NCBI RefSeq assembly: GCF_006345805.1
Contig: NC_043005.1
Span: 88,412,001 to 88,476,000, forward strand
Length of the DNA: 64,000 nt
Source of the DNA: Octopus sinensis
Lineage: Eukaryota
Direction of reading: 5' to 3'
Both the position numbers and the translations under genes were made by a program. This document shows, in pieces, positions 25,788 through 37,049 of the stretch. The notes beneath the pieces were generated by a model that was given only the letters and a program-made list of their open reading frames with translations, did no database searches and was not told where the DNA came from. The stretch's first letter is position 1; every line of letters starts with the position of its first letter.

Positions 25788-27494
25788 CTGAATCATTATT
25801 GCTGGTGGAAAGTCTCATTGAATGGTCTTTAGAATCGGAGTCAGTAGAAACGAGCATTCCTTCATTGTTGCAAACAGGATTTTGAGAAGCCAGCTGATCC
25901 GAGGAGTTCTCACCCCGCTTCACCGGCTGGCCACATGTGGAGTGGGAAGAGCTCTTGCTGTCATTTCCTTCTGTTTCAGTTGCGAAGGACATGGAACAAC
26001 TGTCCTCCCCACTCGGGAGAGGAATTGGTTCTGCCGTTTGTTTAATATCACATTTTGGAAGAGGATCACAGTCATCGACGTCTTCAGTCTTCCCCTCGCA
26101 ACTCCCAAACAAAGAAGGGGCCGGAGGGTCACTGTTAGTAACAACTTGAGCTTGGTTACAAAAATGTGAGGAAAGACTTGCAGGAGATTCATGGTTCGCT
26201 GAAGACGTAGCATTCAACTCTTTAGTTCCACTAGGTTTTTCAATTTCCATTGAAGTGGAACCCGAATTATCAGAGGCTGCCACACCCAGTTGGCCGGGCA
26301 TGGTCGAAGTGTTCAGCTGGTTTAGCGATGCGTTCTCGGCACTTCGTTCCAGAATGCCAGCTTCCAGGTTTTCAAATGCAGCAAACCCAACACGAATGGT
26401 GCTACTCGAGGTTCCTTCCGTTTCATAATGAAGACTTATCACAGGCTCTATGCGAACGGGTTGAAGATAGGATTGGAGCGGGGAGAGGGACGTACTAGAT
26501 GAGGATTCCATTGAAGACATCTGTGCTGTTGTTGAATGAGTGGTGGTGGTGGTGGTGGTGGTGGTGGTGGTGGTGGCGGCAGTGGAGTTGCTGGCAGTGG
26601 TGATGATAGTGGTGGTGGAAGTAGTAGTAGTTGTATTTGAGGTGGTAGCAGTGGTTGTGTTGGATGTGGCAGTTGTGGTGTGGGTGGAAGGAGAAGGCAA
26701 AGAAACTGAAGAAGAGAAAAACGTAGATAAATTAGTTATAGATAAAGACGAAGGAGAAGGATGATCCTCTCGGCTTATGTGAGGCTGTTGTTGTTCATCA
26801 ATAGAGTTTAAAGAAGTATTTAACTTGTGAGAAAGTCCTAATGAACTTTCGTTCTGTCCATCAGCTTCAACAGCTCCAGCATCATCAGCTAAAACATGAC
26901 CTGGCATCACTGCTTCTCGGCTTTCAGATATTGGTAAATTACTTTTACTAGAATTTGGTAAACTTATAAAATTATTTGCAGAAGTTTCTTCTGGATGGTT
27001 TTCTTTCTCCAAAGAACCCCACAGCTGGTTCTTGGCATCGTTATTGCTATCGTTAGAGGAGATTAAAGAGAGCTTGGAAGGTAACACTGACACAGGAGTG
27101 TTTAAAGAGAACTGAGCACTAGTTTTTGAGGTAGGATTAGGGTAGCGACAGTCCGTAGAATTGTTAGGTTTCAGACAGAGAGGAGATTGTAAAGTGCTTT
27201 TGTCTGCTCTTGGAGTTTTCCCAGTTTTTAAAGAAGTCCCCTGATTATTGGAGACATCAGTGGAAGCAGCAGAAGCTGAGGGAGATTCCAATGACCGAAA
27301 AGGGTTAATATTATCCCTTATTACTTGCATCACTTTTGCTGGCATCTGACCGAGATCACCTTCAACAAGAGGGGCTGCAGCAGGGGACCCTTCGCAAGTC
27401 ATGTCTCTTTGCCCTTCGGCAGGACGGTCAGATGATGTCGATGCCGTTGACGCTGAAGCGGACATGGATGTTGATGTTGTGGCTAACATTTCAC
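25788..27494 (-). CDS. DCAF6: DCAF6 large central exon, 3' part (S/T-rich disordered region)
   Basis: Lies in the 623-aa ORF 25618-27489; contains EPVISLHYETEGTSSSTIRVGF; donor TCAG|gtaaag at 25788 in phase 1, matching the next exon. Confidence 0.88.
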
Positions 27495-27646
27495 CCCAGA
27501 TTCAGTAGGATTATTAGCGGAATCCCCTTCATTCAAGCCACTGGCAGGCTGCTCGTTTTCATTGTTGTTTCGGAGACTTCCATCCAACCATCGAGTCAAC
27601 ATATCAGACATTCTCTGCATTATGGTTGTACGAGGACTTTGTTGAC
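27495..27646 (-). CDS. DCAF6: DCAF6 large central exon, 5' part (before the apparent frameshift)
   Basis: cag acceptor; QQSPRTTIMQRMSDMLTRWLDG matches DCAF6 MQRMSDMLSRW; this frame reaches TAG at 27485-27483. Confidence 0.88.
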
Positions 27647-27819
27647 CTGGAAATGAAAAAGAAAAAAATCAGTCACATCAAACTTAAAAAACATAAAAAT
27701 CTCTTTTCATCTTGAAAGATCAGGTTTACAATTATAACAATAATAATAATGATAATAATAACAATAATAATAATTACAATAACAATAATAATAACAATAA
27801 TAATAATAATAATAATAAA

Positions 27820-28682
27820 TCTTTTCTATTCTAGGCACAAGCCCTAAATTTTGGGGGAGAAGGGCACTCAATTAGATCGACCCCAGTATGCAATTGATAC
27901 TTAATTTATTGACCCCGAAAGGATGAAAGGCAAAGTAGACCTCGGCAAAATTTGAACTCAGAACTTGCAGACAGATGAAATACTGCTAAGCATTTCGTAC
28001 AGCATGCTAACGATTCTGCCAGTTTGCCACCTTAGATAATAATAATAATCCTTTCTACCATAGGTACATGGCCTGAAATTTGGGGGTGGGGGGACTAATC
28101 GATTTTATCGACCCCAAAAGGATGAAAGGCAAAGTCAACCTTGGTGGTATTTGAACTCAAAATGTAAAGGTGGGTGAAACATGAAACATTTCGCCCAGCA
28201 TGCTAATGATTCTGCCAGCTCACCACCTTAATAATAATAATCTTTTCTACTAAAAGCACAAGCTTGAAATTTGTGGGGAGAGAGTAAATTGATTACATCG
28301 ACCCCAGTATGTAACTGGTACTTATTTTATTGACCCTGAAAGGATGAAACACACAGTTGACCTCAGTGGAATTTGAACTCAGACCATAAGGATGAACGAA
28401 ATGCCACTAAGCATTTCACCTGGTATGCTAACGATTCTGCCAGGTTGCCACCTTCATAATAATAATAATCCTTTTTACTATAGGGACAAGGCCTGAAATT
28501 TTGGGTCAGCTGGATATTCTATTACATTGACTCTGGTGCATAACTGGTACTTATTTCATCGACCTCGAAAGGATGAAAGGCAAAGTCGACCTCGGTGGAA
28601 TTTGAACTCAGAATGTAAGGACAGATGAAATGCCGCTAAGCATTTTGCCCGGTGTGTGAATGATTCTGCCAGCTCGCCACTG
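27820..28682 (-). repeat. Head-to-tail array of four Nin-type SINE copies separated by (TAA)n
   Basis: Units at about 27820-28032, 28049-28229, 28240-28454, 28469-28682; a similar array lies at 59816-60403. Confidence 0.85.
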
Positions 28683-28699
28683 CAATAATAATAAGAAGA

Positions 28700-29056
28700 A
28701 GAACACTCAGAGAGTGCAAACCTCCACCAAGGCAACACCAATGTCCTCTCAACAATTAGTCTGAGATGGTTTTTAAAATGAGAATATCTGAAATAAACTC
28801 AACTGCTCTCACAAATGAGAATACTAAAAATGAAACCAACCATTCTTAAAAATTAAGTGAAAAAAAACAGGAAAGATAATCTAGAATCCTTGTCTGGTAC
28901 CAGATCAATGCCCAAATCTAATCAGTTCATTCCAGTCACGAGGCCAAACAACCCTGAAAGTTTCATCCGAATTCCTCCAGCGGTTCTTGAGATATCTTGT
29001 CCACAAACAAAACATAACTGGAAGCAATACCTCTGCTTTCGCTAAGGCAGAGGTAA
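28700..29056 (-). mobile_element. Helentron/HINE (DINE-like) non-autonomous element; copies at about 29898-30183 and 47708-48068
   Basis: Minus strand starts TTATTACCTCTGCC with a short hairpin and ends CCTTGGTGGAGGT plus hairpin GCACTCTCTGAGTGT; no TSD seen. Confidence 0.65.
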
Positions 29057-29216
29057 TAATAATAAAAAAATAGTGAAGTTTATGAGTTTGAATAGGTTTA
29101 TATACGATGAGGGTAAAAAGAGGAATCTGATGTTCTGAAAATAACCCAAACAATAAAAAAAAAAGAAAGAAAGAAAAATAGAGAGAAAAATTGGTGTGAG
29201 CCAAGTAGTCAGTTAC

Positions 29217-29370
29217 CTTCGCCAGATTGCCGTTCTCTTTCTGGCCTTGCATTTGGCCCAGTGTCTGACCAATCACCACGTAGACGTAACCTCTTAATGG
29301 GCGGCTGCCTGTTCCCGTTGTCACAGGAGAGACCTTCGGACATCAAACAAGTACTTCTCCCTTCATCACC
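29217..29370 (-). CDS. DCAF6: DCAF6 exon with conserved basic motif
   Basis: [51 protein letters not shown]; 154 nt; tag / gtaact. Confidence 0.95.
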
Positions 29371-31474
29371 CTATGAAAAAAAAAAAGAAATGTCGGGATT
29401 AAATTATATTTTTTCAATAGAAAACAAAACTAAATTACAATAATAAATAAGAAAAACACCAAATAACAAGGACAATTATGATTGAAACAATTTACAAAAC
29501 AGATGCAACACGAGATTTTCATAAACTTATTAAGACAGTGAGCTGGCAGAATCGGTGGAGCATCAAACAAAACGTTTTGTGCTATTTCTCCTGGCTCTTT
29601 ACATCCCCAATTCAAATTTTTGCTGAGGTTGGGTTTGTTTTCATCCTTTAGGGGTCAATGTGAGTCAAGAGACAAATACTAGTCAAGCACTGAAGTCAGT
29701 GTAATCGACTAACACACTAAAACATGGCCAAAACTTTATTTTATTGAACTTAGGCAGCTGAAAGGCAAAGAGGAGCTGGGGAGTATTTGAACTCATAAAG
29801 AGCAGAGTAAATACCACAAAACGCTTTCTCTGTGGCTCTAACAATTCCCCTAATCCATCATCTAATAATGGTAATAATAATAATAATAATAAGAAGAAGA
29901 ACATTCAGAGAGCGCAAACCTCTGCCAAGGCAAGACCAACGTCCTCTCAACGATTAGCCAGAGAGGATTTTTAAAATGAGAATATCTGAAATAAACTCGA
30001 CTGCTCTCACAAACAAGAATACTAAGAATAAACCCAAACACTCTCAAAGATTAAGTAAAAAAACATCCCTGAAAGTTTCATCTAAATCCATCCAGCAGTT
30101 CTTGAGATATCTTGTCCACAGACAAACAAAGAGACAAACATGACTGAAAACAATACCTTTGCCTTCGTTAAGGCAGAGGTAATAATTGAGGTGCTAACAT
30201 TACCCATTATCATTGGGGCACTTACAATGACATCAAGAGGAGCAAAACAAATATGAGGACCAAATCCCTGACAACCCCAAAATAAGTGAATTGCAAAAGA
30301 TCCTACTTATGGCCACCTAACATATTCTATGTAAATTCCTTTCCGTGTAAATGCAACTTTACACATTCAGTGTTATGTTCTTTTTGACTCCCTACAAGCA
30401 TCAGTGTTTCCAACAGCATGGCACCTCACCTGTTAGCCATCTTTGGATGCAAAGCCATGTTGCCCCTCAATGTCTCTGGGTGAAACTCATAGATTAAAGC
30501 AAAACCAAAGCATCATAACAATAATCATCATTATCATGATTATCATTTAACGTCTGCTTTCCATGCTGGCATGGGTTGGACAGTTAGACTGGAACTGGTA
30601 AGCCAGAGCTGCTACACCAGGTTCCTGTCTGGTTTGGCAAGGTTTTTATTGCTGGATGTTCTTCCTAACGCCAATAATAATCCTTTCTACAATGGCCACA
30701 AGGCCTGAATTTTGTGGGAAGGGGGACAGTCAATCACATCGACCCCAACACCCAAATGGTACTTAATCTATCAACCCTGAAAGGATGAAGGGCAAAGTCG
30801 ACCCCAGCGGAATTTGAACTCAGAATGTAGCGGCAGATGAAATACCGCTAAGCATTTTGTCCGGCATGCTAATTATTCAGCCAGCTCGCCGCCTTCATAA
30901 TAATAATAATAATCATCATCATCATTGTTTAACGTCTGCTTTCCATGCTAGCATGGGTTGGACGATTTTGACTGAGGGCTGGTGAACCAGATGGCTGCAC
31001 CAGGCTCCAATCTTGATCTGGCAAAGTTTCTACAGCTGGATGCCCTTCCTGACGCCAACCACTCCGAGAGTGTAGTGGGTGCTTTTTACATGCCACCGAC
31101 ACGGGGGCCAGTCAGGCGGTACTGGCAACAACCTCGCTCGAATCTTTTACACATGCCACTGGCACAGGTGCCAGTAAGGTGATGTTGGTAAAGAATAATA
31201 ATAATAATAATGGTTTCTGATTTAGGCACAGGGCCAGTAGTTTTTAGGAGTTTAGTTATTACCATCAATCCAATCACTTGGCAGGTGCTTTATTTATTGA
31301 CCCCTGGGGGATGAAAGGGAAATTTAACCCCAGTAGAATTTGAACTCAAAACAGGAGTCAGAAGAAATACCAGCAAGCATTTGTCAGTCGCTTTAATGAT
31401 TCTGCAATTCAATGTTGTCCTACAACTACAATAACAACAACATTTAATCAAACTGAAAGCAAAAAAACTCTTAC

Positions 31475-31635
31475 CCTAGTCTTGAATAAATAAATGTACT
31501 CAGAGGAATAACTAACAAGCATCTCCTTGCCGTCCGGACTGTAACAGAGGGAGGTGATGCGATAGTTTCGGTTTTTCAGGGTAGAAGCTGAGAACCTACA
31601 GGTTAACCCCGTGGTGAATTTGTTTGTGTAGTTTC
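31475..31635 (-). CDS. DCAF6: DCAF6 exon, WD40
   Basis: (G)[53 protein letters not shown]; 161 nt; cag / gtaaga. Confidence 0.95.
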
Positions 31636-32549
31636 CTGCGAAAAGAGAAAAGAAGGCAAGAAATAAATCAATGTAAGAGCAATTAGGGTAAAATATGAAG
31701 GTTTGGAGAGGAAAAATAAAAGATGGTGTGATGGGGACCTTCCAAAAGGCACTCATCATCATTTAATGTCTGTTTTCTATGCTGGCATGGTTTGGATGGT
31801 TTGACAGGAGGTGGAAAGGCTGGAGAGCTGCACCAATTGTCTGTTTTGCCATGGTGTCTACAGCTGGATGCCCTTCCTAACGCCAACCACTTTACAGAGG
31901 TAGGAAAAAATAAATTGGTGTCACAAAAATATGATTTAAGGTATATTACATTAAAGATGACCTCAAGTCAGTAAACTGAATGGAAAACAGGGCTTTACAT
32001 TGAGGGGAAACAGGGTTCTGTACTGGTTCTCTGTCAGTTATGATGATGAGAGTTTCGATCTGATCTGATCAACGGAACAGCCTGCACGTGAAATTAATGT
32101 GCAAGTGGCTGAGCACTCCTCAGATACACATACCTATTACTTTACTACCCACAAGGGGCTAAACACAGAGAGGACAAACAAGGACAGACAAACGGATTAA
32201 GTCGATTATATCGACCCCAGTACATAACTGGTACTTATTTAATCAACCCCGAAAGGATGAAAGGCCAAGTTGACCTCGGCGGAATTTGAACACAGAATGT
32301 AGCAGCAGACGAAATACCGCTAAGCATTTCACCCGGCGTTCTAACGTCTCTGCCAGCTCGCTGCCTTTCAGATACACATACCCTTAATGTAGTTCCCAGG
32401 GAGATTCAGCATGGCACAGAGTGTCACAGGACCTATCTGAGATATCAATCCTGTGTCAGTGATTACAAGGAGGCAACAGGGTTTTTTCAGATCTAATATG
32501 TTTTTTCAAAGAGTTTAAACAAATGTCAAGAAAGCAAATGTGTACATAC

Positions 32550-32685
32550 CGGTAGCTCTGGTTCCCAACATCCTGCGGTCAAACATCAGCACTGTGCTAT
32601 CAGACAAGGCTATACCCAGCTCATAAGGGACCATCGGGTTGATAGCCATTGATGTTACAGCACGTTGACAAAATAACATAACATC
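32550..32685 (-). CDS. DCAF6: DCAF6 exon, WD40
   Basis: DVMLFCQRAVTSMAINPMVPYELGIALSDSTVLMFDRRMLGTRAT; 136 nt; tag / gtatgt. Confidence 0.95.
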
Positions 32686-32789
32686 CTAGAAATGAATCAA
32701 CAAAAAAAATATCTTTTTTTTTTAACAAAACACACACAAAACAGTATTTAACCCTTTTTAAGATTTTTAGAAATAACATTATATCAGGA

Positions 32790-33420
32790 GTCATTTTCAA
32801 AATTTGGAAACCCTCTCTCCCAATATATAAAAGAAAACTGGAAAAGATTTTTGGACAATTGCTTCATCCTCTGGAATGAAAACATAGATAAGTTCCTGGA
32901 GTTCAAAAGACTCCTCAATAGCATTAACACCGACATACAATTCACAATGGAAAATAACCAAGAGGGACTCCCATTCCTAGACATACTGATTTAAAAAATA
33001 AACAAAGAAGAAATAAAAACAGACATTTTTTACAAGGCCACAATATTATTTAGCTCATGTCACCTGCGACATATCAAAATAAATATCCCCTTCGACCATG
33101 CAAGAAGGATTTGCACCATAGTACCCGAGAAAATATTAGAGAACTAAGATTGCAAAAGCTTAAAAAGGTACTCCAGAACAGGCACTACCCAACTCACCTC
33201 ATAAACGAAAGAATTAAACGTGCAAAATCGATTAATATTAAAACATTAAGAAAAGCCAAACACAACAATACACCTACCCTTAAAACACTAAATGTGCAGA
33301 ATGATTACAGCCACAATTCGTAATTTTCCCATTTTATCAACTTGCTTTCTGGACCTCAACACAAGTAAGACTGAATGAAGAAGCCTCATTTATCAAAAAA
33401 TATAAACCAGAATTAGATAT
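32790..33420 (+). mobile_element. Degraded Penelope-like retroelement (RT plus endonuclease C-terminal remnant)
   Basis: LDNCFILW...LNSINTDIQFTMENNQEGLPFLDILI, TDIFYK, ELRLQKLKKVLQNRHYPTHLI, RLNEEASFIKKYKPEL; stops and frameshifts. Confidence 0.75.
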
Positions 33421-33720
33421 GAACCCATATTAAAAATAAAGGATTTACCCCCTTTTATTGTAAGATATAAGCCAGAATAAGACAGACCAAAAATAAAAAT
33501 TACAGATTTACCTCCCCTTTACTGTAAAATAAATGAATGAACAATTATCTCCCCTAGTAATATGTCTTTTTTTTCTCCCTAGTAACATGTCTATTTTTCA
33601 ACCCTTAGTTTGATAAGCAATACGAAACCAGTTCTTACTTTATGTTGAAAGAACAAGATCTTATTTCATACAATTTTACATAATAAAACCAGCCAACTGA
33701 ATGAAGTCTGTTTAACTCAC

Positions 33721-33834
33721 ATCTCGGCAATCATCTTTATGGCACTTGTTTTTCATACGGAGATCAAACCATCGAACAGTGCAGTCTTCTCCACAAGAGA
33801 GGAAGGTGGAAGCTTCATTGGGTACAACCACAAC
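33721..33834 (-). CDS. DCAF6: DCAF6 exon, WD40
   Basis: [38 protein letters not shown]; 114 nt; tag / gtgagt. Confidence 0.95.
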
Positions 33835-34822
33835 CTACAAAAGATACATTCGTAAATACATAATCATCATCATAGGTTTAACATCCACTGACCTATGCTT
33901 GCATGGGTCAGACAGGATTTGTTGAAGCAGATGCTCTTCCTTTCAGAAATCTTTATCTGTTTCTTAGCAAGGAAATATTTTCCCCTAATCCTGACATGTT
34001 TCTATGGAAAACTGCAAACGAAAAACACTGCTTGTGTATGTGAGAGAGAGAGGGAGAGGGAGAGAGAGAGAAAGAGAGAGAGGCATGTAATGTCATAACA
34101 AGGAGACAGAAATACATAGAGACTTTAATGCATAGAGACACCTGTATATTTACATGGGTATCTCTATCCCACATACAGTGGGCGTCTTTCAGTTTCGATC
34201 TGCCAAATACACTCACAAAGCTTTGACTAATCCAGGACTATTGTAGAAGAGAATTGGCCAAGGTACCATATGGTGGAACTGAACCTGAAACCATAGGGTT
34301 CCAAAGCAAACCATAGTTTTAATTATAAACATAAGGATTTCCACATATTTAGAGAGGACGGATAGAGTTTATCAAATTGACCCCTTCTTCTCTTCCAACA
34401 CTTTGCTGGCACTTTAACTGAACCCACAGAGATAAAAGCCAGTCTGGGCAGGATTTGAAATCAGAACATAATGATGTACAACTAAACATGTTCAAGAAGA
34501 ATATTATGAGGTTTCTGACTAACTTCATCATTAAATATAGAAATACTTTCATTTCAGTTTGTGCCCCTGATATCCTTGTTGTGTGCTGAATGGGAGTCTA
34601 AGAACCTTTAATTCTAAAGTAAGTCACTAAAACAATTTTACAATTTTAGGGGTTTTGTACTTATAAGTTTATCATTCAGTAAAAGTTACCCTATTAAAGT
34701 GATGTGAATATTATGCCCTGCCTTTTTAATGTCAATGTTTGTATTTTGGTTTTCTATCAATTATAAACATTTTTTAACATTACATAGCTTCCTCTCTCAC
34801 AATATATATATATATATATATA

Positions 34823-35028
34823 TAGGGAGAGTTTACGAAATAAACAAAAGACGAAGACAGGTGGTGTACAAAACAAACAGATGTATTAGTATAACGCTCA
34901 GGAATAGAAAAAGTCTTTTACGTTTTGAGCCTACACTCTTCAACAGAAAGGGACACAGAAAAAACAAGGAGAGAAACAAGGAGAGAAAAAGAATGTGTGT
35001 AGTGGCTAACGATCTATCATGGCGACTG
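34823..35028 (-). mobile_element. Short Penelope-like element flanked by (TA)n on both sides
   Basis: Same family as 6430-6590 (shared translation RRRQVVYKTNRCISITLRNRK on the opposite strand); decayed hammerhead-like motif. Confidence 0.55.
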
Positions 35029-35030
35029 TG

Positions 35031-35065
<35 letters not shown>

Positions 35066-35315
35066 ATACACACATACATATATATTCAGGTATTCTAAAC
35101 GTATCACACTGTTCTACATAGCATTATGAGATAGAGTATGAGTGGAGCCTATGATGTGAGTGGAGGCTGTGGTATGAGTGGAGCCTATTGTGTGAAGGAA
35201 GGCTGTAGTCCAACACATATACACACAATCATACGGCAACAAAATGATGCACATCAAAAATGGATGCATTCATGGTCCAAAGTGACAACCAAGAATATTA
35301 TTAGAGTGGACAAAC

Positions 35316-35420
35316 CTCATAAGTGGTACCAAAGTGACAGTCAAAGCAATGGGTGCCATAAGTGTCTTCTCGGTCGACATGGGTGTAGAATATTTTCCCA
35401 TCACCCGAACAAGAGATCAC
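35316..35420 (-). CDS. DCAF6: DCAF6 exon, WD40
   Basis: VISCSGDGKIFYTHVDREDTYGTHCFDCHFGTTYE; 105 nt; cag / gtttgt. Confidence 0.95.
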
Positions 35421-36377
35421 CTGGAAACAAAGAAAAGCAAAAAATGAAAAGATTCTTTCAATAACATTCAAACCAAATATGTTTTTTCTTTGTATAAATA
35501 AAGACAATATCAATGGTGAAATGTGAGTTTTACCTAACAATCAAGAAATCTATAGAATGGGATGCCCTTAAGATGTCTCATTGGGTCTCTTGCTTCTTGC
35601 CATGATTGCTGTCATCATCATCATCATCGTTTAACGTCTGCTTTCCATGCTGGCATGGGTTGGATGAATGACTGAGGGCTGGTGAACCAGATGGCTGCAC
35701 CAGGCTCCAATCTTGATCTGGCAGAGTTTCTACAGCTGAATGCCCTTCCTAATGCCAACCACTCCAAGAGTGTAGTGGGTGCTTTTACGTGCCACCAGCA
35801 CGGGGCCAGTCAGGCAGTACTGGCAATGACCTCGCTCAAATCTTTTACACATGCCACCAGCACAGGTGCCAGTAAGGCAATGCTGGTAACAGTCATGCTC
35901 GAATGGTATCTTTTATGTGCCACCGGCACGGAGGCCAGATAGCCACTCTAGCAACGATCACGCTCAGATGGTGCTCGAGTGCCAGTAAGGTGACACTGGT
36001 AACGATCACGCTCGAATGGTGCCCTTTAAGTGCCACTGGCATGGAAGCCGGTTAGCCGCTCTGTCAATGATCACACTCGTACGGTGCTCTTTGCACCCTG
36101 CTAGCACGGACGCCAGTCATCGAATTTATTTTGATTTTGGTTATTGTTAAAGGTCGTGGGTTTGGTAATAATGGTGGTTGCCATTAAAATAGCATCAGTG
36201 ATGGTATGTCATCAGCACTATTTCATTGTAGATCCCTGGTTCTTAACCAAGGGCCATAAGACGCTTGGAACTCCACATAAGATTTTGTTTTTTAAATTTT
36301 TGTGCAGCAAACTGGTTATACTTCTTCAATAAATGCACAAAATATTTTAACATATTTTTATAGAATTCTTAACAATA

Positions 36378-36757
36378 TCTCTCTATATATAAACGGCAAA
36401 ATGTCTGTGTGTGTGCGTGTGTGTGTGCATGTCCTTTATACAAATCCACAATTTTTCAGATAGAGGGCTCGCACTTTCTATGGTCATTCAAAACCGTCCA
36501 AGGGTAGTCATGCACATCTTTACATTTTCCCAGTCACCCTACAAAGCCATTAAAAAAATCAATAGAAGTGACTTTTTGTGAATTTTCTATCCAAAACCCA
36601 ATCAAAATGCCCGAAACTTGATACGCCAATTAAATGCCAGCTAGCTGTATGTGATTGGTCGGAGATTTGGACAGTACTCGTGTGTATGTGCGCACGCACA
36701 CAGCTGTATATGCATGCACTAGCACTATGACTCAGCAGCACTGGGTCATAGTGCTAG
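36378..36757 (+). mobile_element. Non-autonomous Helitron
   Basis: A|TC...CTAG|T insertion, 5' TCTCTCTATATATAAA, 3' hairpin. Confidence 0.75.
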
Positions 36758-36770
36758 TTTAATACTAAAA

Positions 36771-37049
36771 ATATAATAATTGGTGTCTTGAATGGCATGA
36801 CAATGCAGAGTGGACTATAATAACTGTTATAGTCTGAATATTAAAAATTCATTCTTCAGATATTGCTAGGAATTGATCAGGTCACTGCTATAATCAGTTT
36901 TAGCAGTGACTCCATCAATTCCTAGCAATATCTGAAGAAGGAATTTTTATATTCCAAAATATTGTATCAGACTAGGAATAATTGAATATTTTATAACAGT
37001 TATTATAGTCCACTCTGCATTGTTGGGCCATTCAAGACATATTATATTT
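36771..37049. repeat. Imperfect ~280-bp palindrome (MITE-like)
   Basis: Arm blocks TGTCTTGAATGGC, ACAATGCAGAGTGGACTATAATAACTGTTATA, TTCTTCAGATATTGCTAGGAATTGAT and GTCACTGCTA are mirrored around about 36895. Confidence 0.85.

Noticed and set aside
25618-27489. 623-aa ORF as an independent gene
   Set aside because: It carries a DCAF6 motif and splices in phase into downstream DCAF6 exons; its last ~56 codons are intronic.
27820-28682. Regularly spaced repeats suggestive of CRISPR
   Set aside because: Units are ~200-bp SINEs without unique spacers; eukaryotic context and no cas genes.
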